The position numbers and the translations under genes were made by a program. Below are positions 16,470-26,532 of a stretch of DNA of 52,707 nucleotides, in pieces; the first letter of the stretch is position 1; every line of letters starts with the position of its first letter. The notes beneath the pieces are model-generated. The model was not told the DNA's origin. It ran no database searches and saw only the letters and a list, made by a program, of their open reading frames with translations. Source of the stretch: Candidatus Staskawiczbacteria bacterium (GTDB taxonomy: Bacteria; Patescibacteriota; Minisyncoccia; Minisyncoccales; Staskawiczbacteraceae). The stretch spans positions 1 to 52,707 of the forward strand of contig CAISIO010000044.1 in assembly GCA_903885445.1 (NCBI GenBank), written 5' to 3'.

Positions 16470-17531
16470 AATATTTCCGGTTAGAATATAGATTTTCCCG
16501 TCCTGTCGGTTAAAATATATCTCTGGGGATTTAACGTCGGGGTCTAAAGTTACGGTGTTGATATTCCCGCGGTAGTCGATCTCCGAAATTATAATTTCAT
16601 TTCCGGCCGTGAAAATTATATAGTCATTGTTGAGCCACAAGCAGTTGGCTATTTTTTCCGAAGATTTATAAAGCAGAATATTTTTTGAGCTTGATAAAAG
16701 CGGAAGCAGGGAAACGTAGATGGAGTTGTCGTTATAAAAAATTACGTTTTTATTATCCGGCGAAACTTTTAAATCTTTCAGTGCAGAATATGAATCGTCT
16801 AATTCTTTTGTGGTTGGATTTAAGCGCGATAAACCGCCGTTGTTGTAGACGAAAATGTCATTGGCTCCGGTAATTACTTTATAGGTTCCGGTTTTGATTA
16901 TTTTTAAAGGAGCCGCGGTTAGTTTGGCCGGGACGGCGGAAGGACTGGCTAAATCTGACCTATATAGGAGTCCGTCCGCGCCAAGCCATACAATAGTATT
17001 GTTCTGCTGTGTAAACGCGGCTAATTTTTTAATAATCGGAGTTGACTTTTGGGTGGAGGTTAGCGCGGAATTTTCCGGAACATTGGAGTAGTACAGGTTG
17101 CCGGTTTTTATTACAAATTTATCTTGATTCAAAAACGGCGATTGCGTCTGGTCAGCGATGGTTTGAAAATGGATATTTTTTTTAAATAAGAGCACGTTTT
17201 CTATTTTTGTAACCTGATTTTCCTTAACGGGAAGGGTTTTTAAATAATCATAGTAGCCGGTTTTTTTTACTAAAACCGCGTGGTCTTTCGGCAGCAAGCT
17301 TTGCACAAAAACCGAATTGGAGAATATTCCCGGTTTTTGAACCGCCTTTGAGTCAATAATTATTTGGTCGGCTGCCGGAAAGGTTCGTACATAAATACCT
17401 CCGGTTGCTGTAATTTTTACTTTTTCAAAATCAAATCGATCTCCCATTGAATAAAGCACTAAAACGGGAGCTATAACAAAAAAGCACACCACGCAAACAA
17501 GCAGTATTAACAGCCGAATTTGTTTGGTCAT
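16440..17531 (-). CDS. membrane-anchored PEGA-domain protein with beta-rich C-terminal region
   Basis: N-terminal TM helix, then GGIYVRTFPAADQIIIDSK...AVLVKKTGYYDYLKTLPV (PEGA-like). Its 3' end overlaps the convergent nuclease gene by 30 nt. Confidence 0.65.
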   Translation of the reverse strand: MTKQIRLLILLVCVVCFFVIAPVLVLYSMGDRFDFEKVKITATGGIYVRTFPAADQIIIDSKAVQKPGIFSNSVFVQSLLPKDHAVLVKKTGYYDYLKTLPVKENQVTKIENVLLFKKNIHFQTIADQTQSPFLNQDKFVIKTGNLYYSNVPENSALTSTQKSTPIIKKLAAFTQQNNTIVWLGADGLLYRSDLASPSAVPAKLTAAPLKIIKTGTYKVITGANDIFVYNNGGLSRLNPTTKELDDSYSALKDLKVSPDNKNVIFYNDNSIYVSLLPLLSSSKNILLYKSSEKIANCLWLNNDYIIFTAGNEIIISEIDYRGNINTVTLDPDVKSPEIYFNRQDGKIYILTGNILLSSERILP

Positions 17532-17599
17532 TGGGTTATATTAGCATAAAGTTTTCCCCTTGCAAAGATTATTTTTTTGGATTAAGATAAAACATAATT

Positions 17600-18859
17600 A
17601 TGACGGACAAATTTGTTATAAACGGAGGAAAAACTTTAAAGGGGGAAATTGAGGTCCGGGGGTCTAAAAACTCTGCCGGACCTGCTTTAATTGCGGCGAT
17701 TCTTACAAAAGACGAATGCATTGTTGACAACGTCCCGTTTATTGAAGATATTTCAAATATATTAGAGATTCTAAAAAGCATGGGGATTGAGGTGGAAAAA
17801 ATTGGGGAAGAGAAGGTCAGGGTAAAAGCAGAAAAAGTTGAACCTGGAAAAATTGATTTTGAAAAAGCTTCTAAAACAAGAATTTCCGTTTTGCTTTTCG
17901 GTGCGCTTTTGGGGAGGGTTAAGAACTTTAAAATGCCGCCGCCTGGAGGCGACAGAATAGGGTTGAGACCTATTTCAGTTCAGTTAAGGGCGTTGGAAAA
18001 GCTTGGGGCAAAAATTGAATGGAAAGATAATGGTTACCAGGTAAGTTGCGAAAAATTAAAAGGAAAAGAAATCGTTTTGGAGGAATTTTCCGTAACAGCT
18101 ACTGAAGCCGTAATAATGGCGGCTGTGTTGGCGGAAGGCAGAACAGTTATAAAAGGAGCCGCGGCGGAACCGCACGTGCAGGATTTAGGAGAGATGCTTT
18201 TGAAAATGGGAGCAAAAATCGAGGGCATCGGAACTCATACGATTAAAATTGAAGGAGTTGATAAATTGCACGGATGCACCCACAGCGTAATTCCTGACCC
18301 GATAGAAGCCGGGACGTTTATTGTAATTGGAGCCCTAGCCCCAGGAAAAATTAAAGTGACCGGCGTTAATTTGTCCCATTTGGATTTATTTTTAGCTAAA
18401 TTGGAGGAAATGGGAGTTGAAATGGAAAGGGGAGAAGACTATGTTTTGGTTTCTCATTCGCCGAATTTAAAAGCGACAAAAGTGCAGGCGCTTCCGTATC
18501 CCGGTTTCCCAACAGATTTATTGCCGATAATAATTCCGCTTTTGATTTCAGCAGACGGAAAAAGCCTGGTGCACGACCCTTTGTACGAAAATAGGTTTAA
18601 TTATGTGCAGGAATTAAGAAAAATGGGCGCTGACATTGAAATGGTAGACCCGCACAGGACATTTGTTTTTGGTCCGCGCAAACTTTCTGGCGCAAATATT
18701 GATTCGTGGGATATAAGAGCTGGCGCTTGTTTGGTGATTGCCGCGCTGTCGGCGGAAGGGAAAACAACCATTGAAAACGTCTTCCAAATTGACAGGGGAT
18801 ATGAGAGGATAGAAGAGCGTTTGCAAAAGTTGGGAGCGGATATACAAAGAATAAAATAG
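17600..18859 (+). CDS. murA: UDP-N-acetylglucosamine 1-carboxyvinyltransferase
   Basis: GEIEVRGSKNSAGPALIAAIL. Active-site loop PPGGDRIGLRPI has Asp at the E. coli Cys115 position. 419 aa. Confidence 0.93.
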   Translation: MTDKFVINGGKTLKGEIEVRGSKNSAGPALIAAILTKDECIVDNVPFIEDISNILEILKSMGIEVEKIGEEKVRVKAEKVEPGKIDFEKASKTRISVLLFGALLGRVKNFKMPPPGGDRIGLRPISVQLRALEKLGAKIEWKDNGYQVSCEKLKGKEIVLEEFSVTATEAVIMAAVLAEGRTVIKGAAAEPHVQDLGEMLLKMGAKIEGIGTHTIKIEGVDKLHGCTHSVIPDPIEAGTFIVIGALAPGKIKVTGVNLSHLDLFLAKLEEMGVEMERGEDYVLVSHSPNLKATKVQALPYPGFPTDLLPIIIPLLISADGKSLVHDPLYENRFNYVQELRKMGADIEMVDPHRTFVFGPRKLSGANIDSWDIRAGACLVIAALSAEGKTTIENVFQIDRGYERIEERLQKLGADIQRIK

Positions 18860-18877
18860 AAATTTTGCGAAATTTAT

Positions 18878-19885
18878 ATGTTTAATAATAAAATTGCGAT
18901 AGATTTAGGAACGTGCAATTCTCTTGTCTATGTTCAGGGCAGGGGAGTTGTTTTGTATGAGCCGTCTGTGGTCGCTATTTCTTTAACTGACAACAAAATT
19001 TTGGCGGTTGGAGAAAATGCGAAGGAAATGATTGGCAGAACTCCCGCCGATATAAAAGTTTATAGGCCATTAAAAGACGGCGTTATTGCTGATTACAGAG
19101 TTACGCAGGCGATGTTGCGATATTTTATAAACAAGACTAGCTCAAGATTTAAATTTTTTAAGCCCGAGCTGGTTATTTCTGTCCCTGCCGGAATCACCAG
19201 TACAGAAAGAAGGGCGGTAATTGAGGCGGCGCTTTCCGCCGGAGCAAAGTCAGCTTACGCAGCGAAAGAGCCGATTTTGGCGGCCATTGGAGCGGGTATC
19301 CCGATTAATTCCTGTTCGGGGCATATGATAATCGATATTGGCGGAGGCACATCAGAGGTGGCGGTAATTTCACTTGGAGGAATTGTTACTTGGCATTCTG
19401 TAAGAGTCGCCGGAGATAAAATAGACACAGCTATAGCCGAATACATAAAGAAAAAATATAACCTGGCTATTGGAACGCAATCGGCAGAAGAAATAAAAAT
19501 TAAAATCGGTACAGCGCTTCCGCAAAAGGAATTAAGATATTTGGAAATACAGGGCAGAGATTTAATTTTGGGCTTGCCGAGAACAGTTAAAATTTCCAAC
19601 AACGAGGTTTGCGAAGCCATATCAGATGTTTTGGCTGAAATCATTGTGGCCGTAAAACACGTATTGGCTGAAACTCCGCCGGAACTTTCAGCTGATATAA
19701 TGAACAAGGGAATTATTATGGCCGGCGGAGGGTCGCTATTACCGAAAATTAATGAATTGGTTGCGCAAAGCACAGGAGTCCCTTGTTTCGTGGCCGAAGA
19801 GCCGTTGTTCTGCGTTGTGAAGGGCACTGGAGTAGTTCTCGAAAACCTGGAGGAATACAAAAAAGTTGTTATGTCTAAAAAGTAA
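18878..19885 (+). CDS. mreB: rod shape-determining protein MreB, paralog 1
   Basis: IAIDLGTCNSLVYV, DIGGGTSEVAVISLGG and GIIMAGGGSLL. Confidence 0.9.
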   Translation: MFNNKIAIDLGTCNSLVYVQGRGVVLYEPSVVAISLTDNKILAVGENAKEMIGRTPADIKVYRPLKDGVIADYRVTQAMLRYFINKTSSRFKFFKPELVISVPAGITSTERRAVIEAALSAGAKSAYAAKEPILAAIGAGIPINSCSGHMIIDIGGGTSEVAVISLGGIVTWHSVRVAGDKIDTAIAEYIKKKYNLAIGTQSAEEIKIKIGTALPQKELRYLEIQGRDLILGLPRTVKISNNEVCEAISDVLAEIIVAVKHVLAETPPELSADIMNKGIIMAGGGSLLPKINELVAQSTGVPCFVAEEPLFCVVKGTGVVLENLEEYKKVVMSKK

Positions 19886-20629
19886 ATGTTGATCGGACAT
19901 AAAAAACAGTGGGAATTTCTGAAGAAAAAATTTGAACTGAGCCAGCTTTCTCACGCGTATTTATTTACAGGGGCAGATGGAATTGGAAAAAAGTTTTTTG
20001 CAAAAGAATTACTGGGTCATATCGGCTGTAAATTTCCGGATTTAATGGTTATTGGACCGGAAGACGGGAAGGAAATATCTATTAAAAGAATACGGGAAGC
20101 GCAGAGTTTTCTTTCATACAAGTCTTACAATGGAGGATTCAAAGCGATAATTATAGACGAGGCCGAAAAGATGAATATTGACGCGCAGGATTGTTTTTTG
20201 AAAGATTTGGAAGAACCGAAAGGACAGACCTTAATAATTATGATTTCTTCCAAGCCCGACATGCTTTTGCCAACAATAGCTTCGAGGTGTCAGGTAATGA
20301 AATTTTTCCGGTCGAAAGATTTGCCTTTAAACCCGGAAAAAGCAAAAAAAGAAAAGGAAATTTTGGATAATTTAATGCCGGTAATCAACTCCGGCCTGGC
20401 TGACAAATTTAAATATACAAAAGCCATTGATTTTGAAAAACAGAAACTGGAGGACATATTACAGGTTTTGCAAAAATATTTTCGGCAACAGCTTCTTGAA
20501 AAAATTAATACCAAAGAAGCCGGCAAATTAGTAAGGGTTTTAGAATTAACAGAAGAAATAAATAACAAAATTATTTTCACAAACGCGAATCCTAAACTCG
20601 CGTTAGAGATATTATTAATGGAGCTTTAA
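19886..20629 (+). CDS. holB: DNA polymerase III delta' subunit-like clamp-loader AAA+ protein
   Basis: HAYLFTGADGIGKKFFAKEL, IIDEAEKMNIDAQDCFLKDLEEP and LPTIASRCQ. Confidence 0.8.
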   Translation: MLIGHKKQWEFLKKKFELSQLSHAYLFTGADGIGKKFFAKELLGHIGCKFPDLMVIGPEDGKEISIKRIREAQSFLSYKSYNGGFKAIIIDEAEKMNIDAQDCFLKDLEEPKGQTLIIMISSKPDMLLPTIASRCQVMKFFRSKDLPLNPEKAKKEKEILDNLMPVINSGLADKFKYTKAIDFEKQKLEDILQVLQKYFRQQLLEKINTKEAGKLVRVLELTEEINNKIIFTNANPKLALEILLMEL

Positions 20630-20633
20630 ATAT

Positions 20634-21188
20634 ATGAGTTATAAAGAATTTATTGATCAGGTCAAGCCGGAATTTGAAAAGTCTTTTAAATTTTTAGAAG
20701 GCGAATTGGCGAAAATCAGAACGTCTAGGGCTTCGCCTGCTTTGGTTGAAGATATTGAAGTCAACGCTTTTGGCTCAAAATTTTCGCTTAAGCAATTAGG
20801 AGCGATCTCCACGCCTTCGACAAATCAATTGGTTATACAGCCGTGGGATATTTCGTATATAGAGCCGATAGAAAAGGCAATCGCGCAGTCGGGATTGGGA
20901 ATGTCTTGCGCAGTTGATAAAAATTTAATCAGGCTTAATTTGCCAATGCTTACAGAAGAATATAGATTGGCTTTGGGGAAAACTTTAAATGAAAAAGCCG
21001 AGCAGGCAAAGCAGGTGATGAGAAGGCAAAGAGAAGATACCTGGAATAAAATCCAGGCCGCCCAAAAGGCAAAAGAACTTTCCGAAGACGACAAGTTCCG
21101 CGGAAAAGACGAGCTTCAGAAAGTTGTTGATGATTACCAGGAGAAAATAAAAACTTTGGTTGAGAAAAAGAAAAACGAATTAATTTAA
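20634..21188 (+). CDS. frr: ribosome recycling factor
   Basis: 184 aa; LAKIRTSRASPALVEDIEV... and a coiled C-terminal half typical of RRF. Confidence 0.92.
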   Translation: MSYKEFIDQVKPEFEKSFKFLEGELAKIRTSRASPALVEDIEVNAFGSKFSLKQLGAISTPSTNQLVIQPWDISYIEPIEKAIAQSGLGMSCAVDKNLIRLNLPMLTEEYRLALGKTLNEKAEQAKQVMRRQREDTWNKIQAAQKAKELSEDDKFRGKDELQKVVDDYQEKIKTLVEKKKNELI

Positions 21189-22348
21189 TGATATCTGCAA
21201 TTTTAATTTTTATAGTCGCTTTTCTCAGTTTAATTGCCCTGATGATTATTCATGAATTCGGGCATTTTATTATAGCTAAAAAATTTGGCGTCCGCGTTGA
21301 GGAATTCGGCATTGGTTATCCGCCCAGAATTTTTGGGAAAAAAATTGGAGACACTATTTATTCTGTAAATCTTTTGCCGCTGGGCGCATTTGTTAGAATT
21401 TACGGAGAAGAGGGCGGAGTGGATGATTTAAAGAGCTTTGCAAATCTTAAAATATGGAAAAGAGTTTTGATCGTCATTGGCGGAGTGGCTGCATTTTGGA
21501 TAGCTTCAATAATTATTTTTTCAATTGTGTTTGCAATTGGAGCTGATTTGCCGGTGTCAGATGCAGACGTGGCCGGCTTAACTAACCCGCAGGTTAAAGT
21601 AATCTCGGTTTCCCAAAATTCTCCGGCGGGACAGGCAGGTTTAAGGATTGGCGATACAATAAAGGATATTAAGGTGGGGGAGGTGGTGTTTGGTGGCCCG
21701 GATTTAATGTATAACGAACAGGTTATAAAAATAAATAAAGTTTCTGATTTTCAAAAAATTACAGGCGATAATAAAGGAAAAGAAATAACAATTATTATCG
21801 AACGAAACGGCGCTAAGCTTGATTTTAATTTGACGCCCAGAACTAATCCGCCCGCAGGACAGGGAGCCGTTGGAATTGGATTGGAAAGAATGGCGACTCT
21901 TGTCCAAAAATCAGCGTGGTATATGGCGCCAATTAATGGAGCGGTTTACACCTGGCAGACGACAGTAAATGCTTTAAAAGGCTTGTATATAACTTTTTCG
22001 GGATTATTCGCCGGCAAAGGCGCGCCACAAGGAGCAGAGTTTGCCGGGCCTTTGGGAATTACGGTGTTTTTGGCCAACGCGGCAAGCTATGGAATTGGAT
22101 TCTTTTTGTATTTTATCGGAAGCCTCTCTGTTTTTATTGCCATATTTAATTTGTTTCCAATTCCGGCGTTAGATGGAGGAAAATTGGTATTTCTGTTAAT
22201 TGAAAAAATAAAAGGCAAACCTGTTTCAGTAAAAGTGGAGCAGGGAATTACAGTTGTATTTTTTGTAATCTTAATTTGCCTTTCTCTTTTTATAACCGTG
22301 CGATTCGACATCCCGCGCGTCTGGGACTTTTTCAAAGCGTCGCTTTAA
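21188..22348 (+). CDS. rseP: site-2 (M50) zinc metalloprotease RseP family
   Basis: HEFGHF in TM1, a PDZ-like segment (SPAGQAGLRIGDTI) and NLFPIPALDGG. Confidence 0.9.
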   Translation: MISAILIFIVAFLSLIALMIIHEFGHFIIAKKFGVRVEEFGIGYPPRIFGKKIGDTIYSVNLLPLGAFVRIYGEEGGVDDLKSFANLKIWKRVLIVIGGVAAFWIASIIIFSIVFAIGADLPVSDADVAGLTNPQVKVISVSQNSPAGQAGLRIGDTIKDIKVGEVVFGGPDLMYNEQVIKINKVSDFQKITGDNKGKEITIIIERNGAKLDFNLTPRTNPPAGQGAVGIGLERMATLVQKSAWYMAPINGAVYTWQTTVNALKGLYITFSGLFAGKGAPQGAEFAGPLGITVFLANAASYGIGFFLYFIGSLSVFIAIFNLFPIPALDGGKLVFLLIEKIKGKPVSVKVEQGITVVFFVILICLSLFITVRFDIPRVWDFFKASL

Positions 22349-22372
22349 AAATAATTAGTAATTAATACTAAT

Positions 22373-23611
22373 ATGTTGCAATCTAAACTGTTTAGCAAAA
22401 CAAATAAAAATAAATCGGCGGATGTGGAATCGGTTTCGCATGACTTGCTGACAAGAGGCGGATTTGTGGATCAGCTGATGGCGGGAGTTTACAGTTTTTT
22501 GCCATTGGGATTTAGGGTTTTGAAGAATATTGAAAATATTGTCAGGAAAAATATGGAAGAAGCTGGCGGACAAGAAATTTTAATGCCGGTTTTGCAGCCT
22601 AAAGAAAATTGGTTGAAAACCGGAAGATGGGAAACAATGGATGTACTTTTTAGAATAAAAGGTTCTGGCGATAAAGAATACGCACTTGGCCCGACGCACG
22701 AAGAAGTTGTCTCTCCGCTGGCAAAAAAAGTTATTTTTTCTTATAAAGATTTGCCGCTTTCCGTTTTTCAAATACAAACAAAATTCAGGGATGAGCTAAG
22801 GGCCAAGTCCGGGATTTTGAGGACAAGAGAATTTTTGATGAAAGATATGTATTCATTCCATACAACGCAGGAGGACCAGGAAAAATATTATCAAAAAATT
22901 ATAAAAGTTTATTTTAATATTTTTAAAGAGTTGGGAATTAAAAATAAAACTTATTTGACTTTGTCTAATGGCGGAACCTTTTCAAAGTATTCGCACGAAT
23001 TTCAGATGGTCACAGATGCCGGTGAAGATATAATTTATATCTGCAACAAATGCAAAACGGCGATTAATAAAGAAATAAAAGCGGAAACGCCGGTTTGCCC
23101 AAATTGCAGTTCAGATAGTTTTGAAGAAAAGAAGGCGGTTGAGGTCGGAAATATTTTTCACCTGGGCACAAAATTTTCTTTGCCGTTTGATTTGAAATTT
23201 AAAGACAAGGACGGGTTAGAAAAGCCGGTAATAATGGGTTGTTATGGTTTGGGGATTTCTAGGGCATTGGGAGCTGTTGTAGAGGTTAATAACGACGAAA
23301 GGGGAATCGTGTGGCCGAGAGAAATCGCGCCCTTTGTGGTCCATTTAATTTCAATCGGCGAGGGAAAAGCTAAGGCCACAGCGGAGAAACTTTATCAAGA
23401 ATTGCAAAAAGAAAATATTCAGGTATTATATGATGATAGGCAGGATAAATCTGCCGGAGAAAAATTTGCCGAAGCGGATTTAATTGGTATTCCGTACCGC
23501 GTTGTTGTGTCAGAAAAAACATTGGCAAAAAATTCTGTTGAATTAAAAGAAAGAAGCAAGGGCACTGTGAAGCTGGTGAAAATAAAACAATTAGCGAAAG
23601 CAATTAAATAA
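22373..23611 (+). CDS. proS: proline--tRNA ligase, minimal bacterial type with Zn-ribbon insert instead of INS editing domain
   Basis: AGVYSFLPLGFRVLKNIENIVR, GPTHEEV, FQIQTKFRDELRAKSGILRTREFLMKDMYSFH. Insert CNKC-x17-CPNC. C-terminal anticodon-binding domain. 412 aa. Confidence 0.9.
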   Translation: MLQSKLFSKTNKNKSADVESVSHDLLTRGGFVDQLMAGVYSFLPLGFRVLKNIENIVRKNMEEAGGQEILMPVLQPKENWLKTGRWETMDVLFRIKGSGDKEYALGPTHEEVVSPLAKKVIFSYKDLPLSVFQIQTKFRDELRAKSGILRTREFLMKDMYSFHTTQEDQEKYYQKIIKVYFNIFKELGIKNKTYLTLSNGGTFSKYSHEFQMVTDAGEDIIYICNKCKTAINKEIKAETPVCPNCSSDSFEEKKAVEVGNIFHLGTKFSLPFDLKFKDKDGLEKPVIMGCYGLGISRALGAVVEVNNDERGIVWPREIAPFVVHLISIGEGKAKATAEKLYQELQKENIQVLYDDRQDKSAGEKFAEADLIGIPYRVVVSEKTLAKNSVELKERSKGTVKLVKIKQLAKAIK

Positions 23612-23613
23612 TA

Positions 23614-24675
23614 ATGTTCAAAAAGTTACGTTCATTTTTTTCGATTGATATGGCGATTGATTTGGGCACGGTCAATTCCTTGGTTTATGTAAAGGATAGG
23701 GGGATAATTATAAACGAGCCGTCGGTTGTTGCTGTAAATAATAAAACCGGTCAGATTTTGGCTATCGGCGAGGAAGCAAGGAAAATGATTGGCCGGACGC
23801 CCTCATATATTTCTGCCACCCGTCCGTTGGTTAACGGAGTTATTTCCGACTTTGAGGTGACCGAGCAGATGTTGAAATATTTTATTGAAAAATCAGCCGC
23901 TTCTGCTAAGAAAATTTTTGGTTTGGGTTTTATGCCGCGGGTAATTATCGGCATTCCTTGCGGAGTTACAGAAGTTGAAAGAAAGGCGGTCAGAGACGCG
24001 GCTAAAAACGCAGGAGCCCGTACAGTTTTTCTGATTGAAGAACCGCTGGCTTCAGCTATAGGCGCTAAACTGCCCATTCAGGAAGCCGGTGGAAATTTTA
24101 TTGTTGACATTGGAGGAGGAACAACTGAAGTGGCCGTAATATCTTTGGGAGGAATTGTGGCTTTCAGAAGCTTGCGAGTAGCCGGCGATAAATTAAATGA
24201 TGATATTATTCAGTTTGCGCAAAAGGAATGCAAACTTTTGATTGGAGAAAGAACGGCGGAATCGATTAAAATAAATATCGGTTCTGCCATGCCCATGAAA
24301 GAGAAGAAAGACATGCCGATGCGCGGCAGAAACCTGGTTACAGGATTGCCCGAAGAGGTTGTAATTTTCAATGACGATGTTCAAAGAGCGCTGGATCGGT
24401 CGGTAAAACAAATTATTGCGGCCATAAAAATAACAATTGAGGAGACTCCGCCTGAGTTGCTGGCAGATGTAATGACCAACGGAATTTATTTGGCTGGCGG
24501 AGGGTCTTTATTAAGGGGGCTTGATACTTTAATTTCGAGAGAAACTAAAATGCCATGCAAAATAATCGACGATCCTCTTACCTCGGTTGTGCGCGGGGCC
24601 GGTATTGCTTTAGAAAATATTGAAATGATGGCAGAAGTGATGTCAAAAGATAACGAAGATGATGCTTTGTTTTAA
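23614..24675 (+). CDS. mreB: rod shape-determining protein MreB, paralog 2
   Basis: MAIDLGTVNSLVYV, DIGGGTTEVAVISLGG and GIYLAGGGSLL. Confidence 0.9.
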   Translation: MFKKLRSFFSIDMAIDLGTVNSLVYVKDRGIIINEPSVVAVNNKTGQILAIGEEARKMIGRTPSYISATRPLVNGVISDFEVTEQMLKYFIEKSAASAKKIFGLGFMPRVIIGIPCGVTEVERKAVRDAAKNAGARTVFLIEEPLASAIGAKLPIQEAGGNFIVDIGGGTTEVAVISLGGIVAFRSLRVAGDKLNDDIIQFAQKECKLLIGERTAESIKINIGSAMPMKEKKDMPMRGRNLVTGLPEEVVIFNDDVQRALDRSVKQIIAAIKITIEETPPELLADVMTNGIYLAGGGSLLRGLDTLISRETKMPCKIIDDPLTSVVRGAGIALENIEMMAEVMSKDNEDDALF

Positions 24676-24686
24676 AATATAGTAAT

Positions 24687-24968
24687 ATGATTTCCAAGGA
24701 AGAAGTGTCACATATCGCCAAATTGGCGAGGCTGGAATTGACAGAAAAAGAAAATGAAAAAATGCAGAAAGATTTGTCTGCGATTTTAGATTATTTTAAT
24801 TTGTTGAAAAAAGCGCCTAAGCCGGAAAAAATAGTTAAAAGTAAGGGCGACCTAAGCGCGGCAAGAAAAGATGAGGCAAGCCATAGGGACGCAGGCTTGG
24901 TTGAAAAATTGATGGCCTTGGCGCCGGACAAAAAAGATGGCTATATCAAAGTTAAAGCGATTTTTTAA
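24687..24968 (+). CDS. gatC: Asp/Glu-tRNA amidotransferase subunit C
   Basis: ISKEEVSHIAKLARLELTEKE; 93 aa; precedes gatA. Confidence 0.9.
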   Translation: MISKEEVSHIAKLARLELTEKENEKMQKDLSAILDYFNLLKKAPKPEKIVKSKGDLSAARKDEASHRDAGLVEKLMALAPDKKDGYIKVKAIF

Positions 24969-26371
24969 TGGATTTAACGGAATTTACAATTACGCAAGCT
25001 CACGAAGGCCTTAAGAAAAAGGAGTTTTCTTCGGTTGATTTAACTAAAGCTTATCTGGAAAAAATCAAGAAAAGCGATTTAAATTCTTTTTTATCTTTTG
25101 ATGAGAATTGGGCGATAGAGCAGGCAGGGGAAGCTGACAAGAAAATTGCGAAAGGAGATTTTGGAATGCTTTGCGGAATCCCGTGTTCTATAAAAGACGC
25201 GATTATGGTTGATGGCCAAAAATGTACGGCCGCATCGAAAATTTTAGAAAATTATGTTGCTCCTTACGACGCTACCGTTGTAAAAAAACTTAAAGAAGCG
25301 GGCGCGGTTATATTGGGAAAGACAAATACGGATGAGTTTACGATGGGGGCATCAACGGAAAATTCAGCTTTTGGAGTTACAAAAAATCCGCACGATAAAA
25401 CTCGCGTCGCAGGCGGAAGCTCGGGAGGTTCGGCAGCTTCTGTCGCCGCAAACGAAGCTTGCTATTCTTTGGGTTCTGACACTGGCGGGTCAATAAGATT
25501 GCCGGCGTCTTTTTGCGGAGTTGCAGGATTGTGCCCGACTTACGGATCTGTTTCCAGATACGGTTTAATTGCCCATGCTTCATCACTGGACCAGATTGGC
25601 CCAATGACGAAAAGTGTTGAAGATGCAAAAATAGTTTTCGAGATAATCTCCGGCAAAGATCCTATGGATGCGACCTCGGCAAATTATAAATTCGAGGAGT
25701 CCAAAACGCAGATTAAAGGTTTAAAAATTGGAGTTCCAAAAGAATATTTTGCAGAAGGATTAGATAAAGAAGTTGAAGGAATAATCAGGGATGCTATTAA
25801 AAGAGCGGAAAAAGCGGGAGCGGAGATCGTAGAAATAAGCCTGCCGAATACAAAATACGCAATTGCTTGCTATTATATTATCGTCCCCTCAGAAGCTTCG
25901 GCTAACTTGGCAAGATTTGACGGAATAAGATATGGACTTTCAAAACCTGGAAATGATTTGCTGGACGTTTATGTAAAGAGCAGGGGAGAAGGATTCGGGT
26001 CCGAGCCCAAAAGAAGAATAATGGTGGGAACCCACAGCTTGTCTTCTGGATATTACGACGCTTACTATAAGAAAGCCCAGGAGGTGAGACAGTTAATTAG
26101 AGATGATTTTGCCAAGGTTTTCGAAAAAGTTGATTTGATATTTTGCCCGGTTGCTCCATTCCCTGCATTTAAAATAGGAGAAAAGGTTGATGATCCGCTT
26201 TCAATGTATCTTGTGGATCTTTATACCGGCGCGGTAAAGCTTGCCGGATTGCCGGGGCTTTCGGTGCCAGTGGGAAAAATAAACGGTTTGCCGGTCGGTT
26301 TGCAGATTATCGGAAACCATTTCCAGGAAAATAAAATCCTGTCAGCCGGGATGTGGATAGAGAAGAATTGA
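24968..26371 (+). CDS. gatA: Asp/Glu-tRNA amidotransferase subunit A
   Basis: Amidase signature GGSSGGSAASVA...GSDTGGSIR. Confidence 0.93.
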   Translation: MDLTEFTITQAHEGLKKKEFSSVDLTKAYLEKIKKSDLNSFLSFDENWAIEQAGEADKKIAKGDFGMLCGIPCSIKDAIMVDGQKCTAASKILENYVAPYDATVVKKLKEAGAVILGKTNTDEFTMGASTENSAFGVTKNPHDKTRVAGGSSGGSAASVAANEACYSLGSDTGGSIRLPASFCGVAGLCPTYGSVSRYGLIAHASSLDQIGPMTKSVEDAKIVFEIISGKDPMDATSANYKFEESKTQIKGLKIGVPKEYFAEGLDKEVEGIIRDAIKRAEKAGAEIVEISLPNTKYAIACYYIIVPSEASANLARFDGIRYGLSKPGNDLLDVYVKSRGEGFGSEPKRRIMVGTHSLSSGYYDAYYKKAQEVRQLIRDDFAKVFEKVDLIFCPVAPFPAFKIGEKVDDPLSMYLVDLYTGAVKLAGLPGLSVPVGKINGLPVGLQIIGNHFQENKILSAGMWIEKN

Positions 26372-26479
26372 CGCGATTAAATTTTTTTAATATACTAGTC
26401 TTGTAGTTCTTTTAAGTTCAACTATCTAGAAAATTATCCAATTATCAAAAGCGGACAATTTCCCGGACAGTTGCAGAGT

Positions 26480-26508
26480 AAAAAAGCCTCCTAATAGGGG
26501 GCTTTTTT
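26480..26508. terminator. bidirectional intrinsic terminator (gatA + / tRNA-Ile -)
   Basis: AAAAAA-GCCTCC-taata-GGGGGC-TTTTTT, with an A-tract and a T-tract on either side. Confidence 0.7.
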
Positions 26509-26532
26509 ACATGGAGCACTTTAATTAAATAG

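Noticed and set aside
16685-17091. Plus-strand ORFs 16685-16873 and 16894-17091
   Set aside because: They lie antisense within the 363-aa PEGA-domain gene, which has a coherent TM-plus-domain architecture. They have no start signals.
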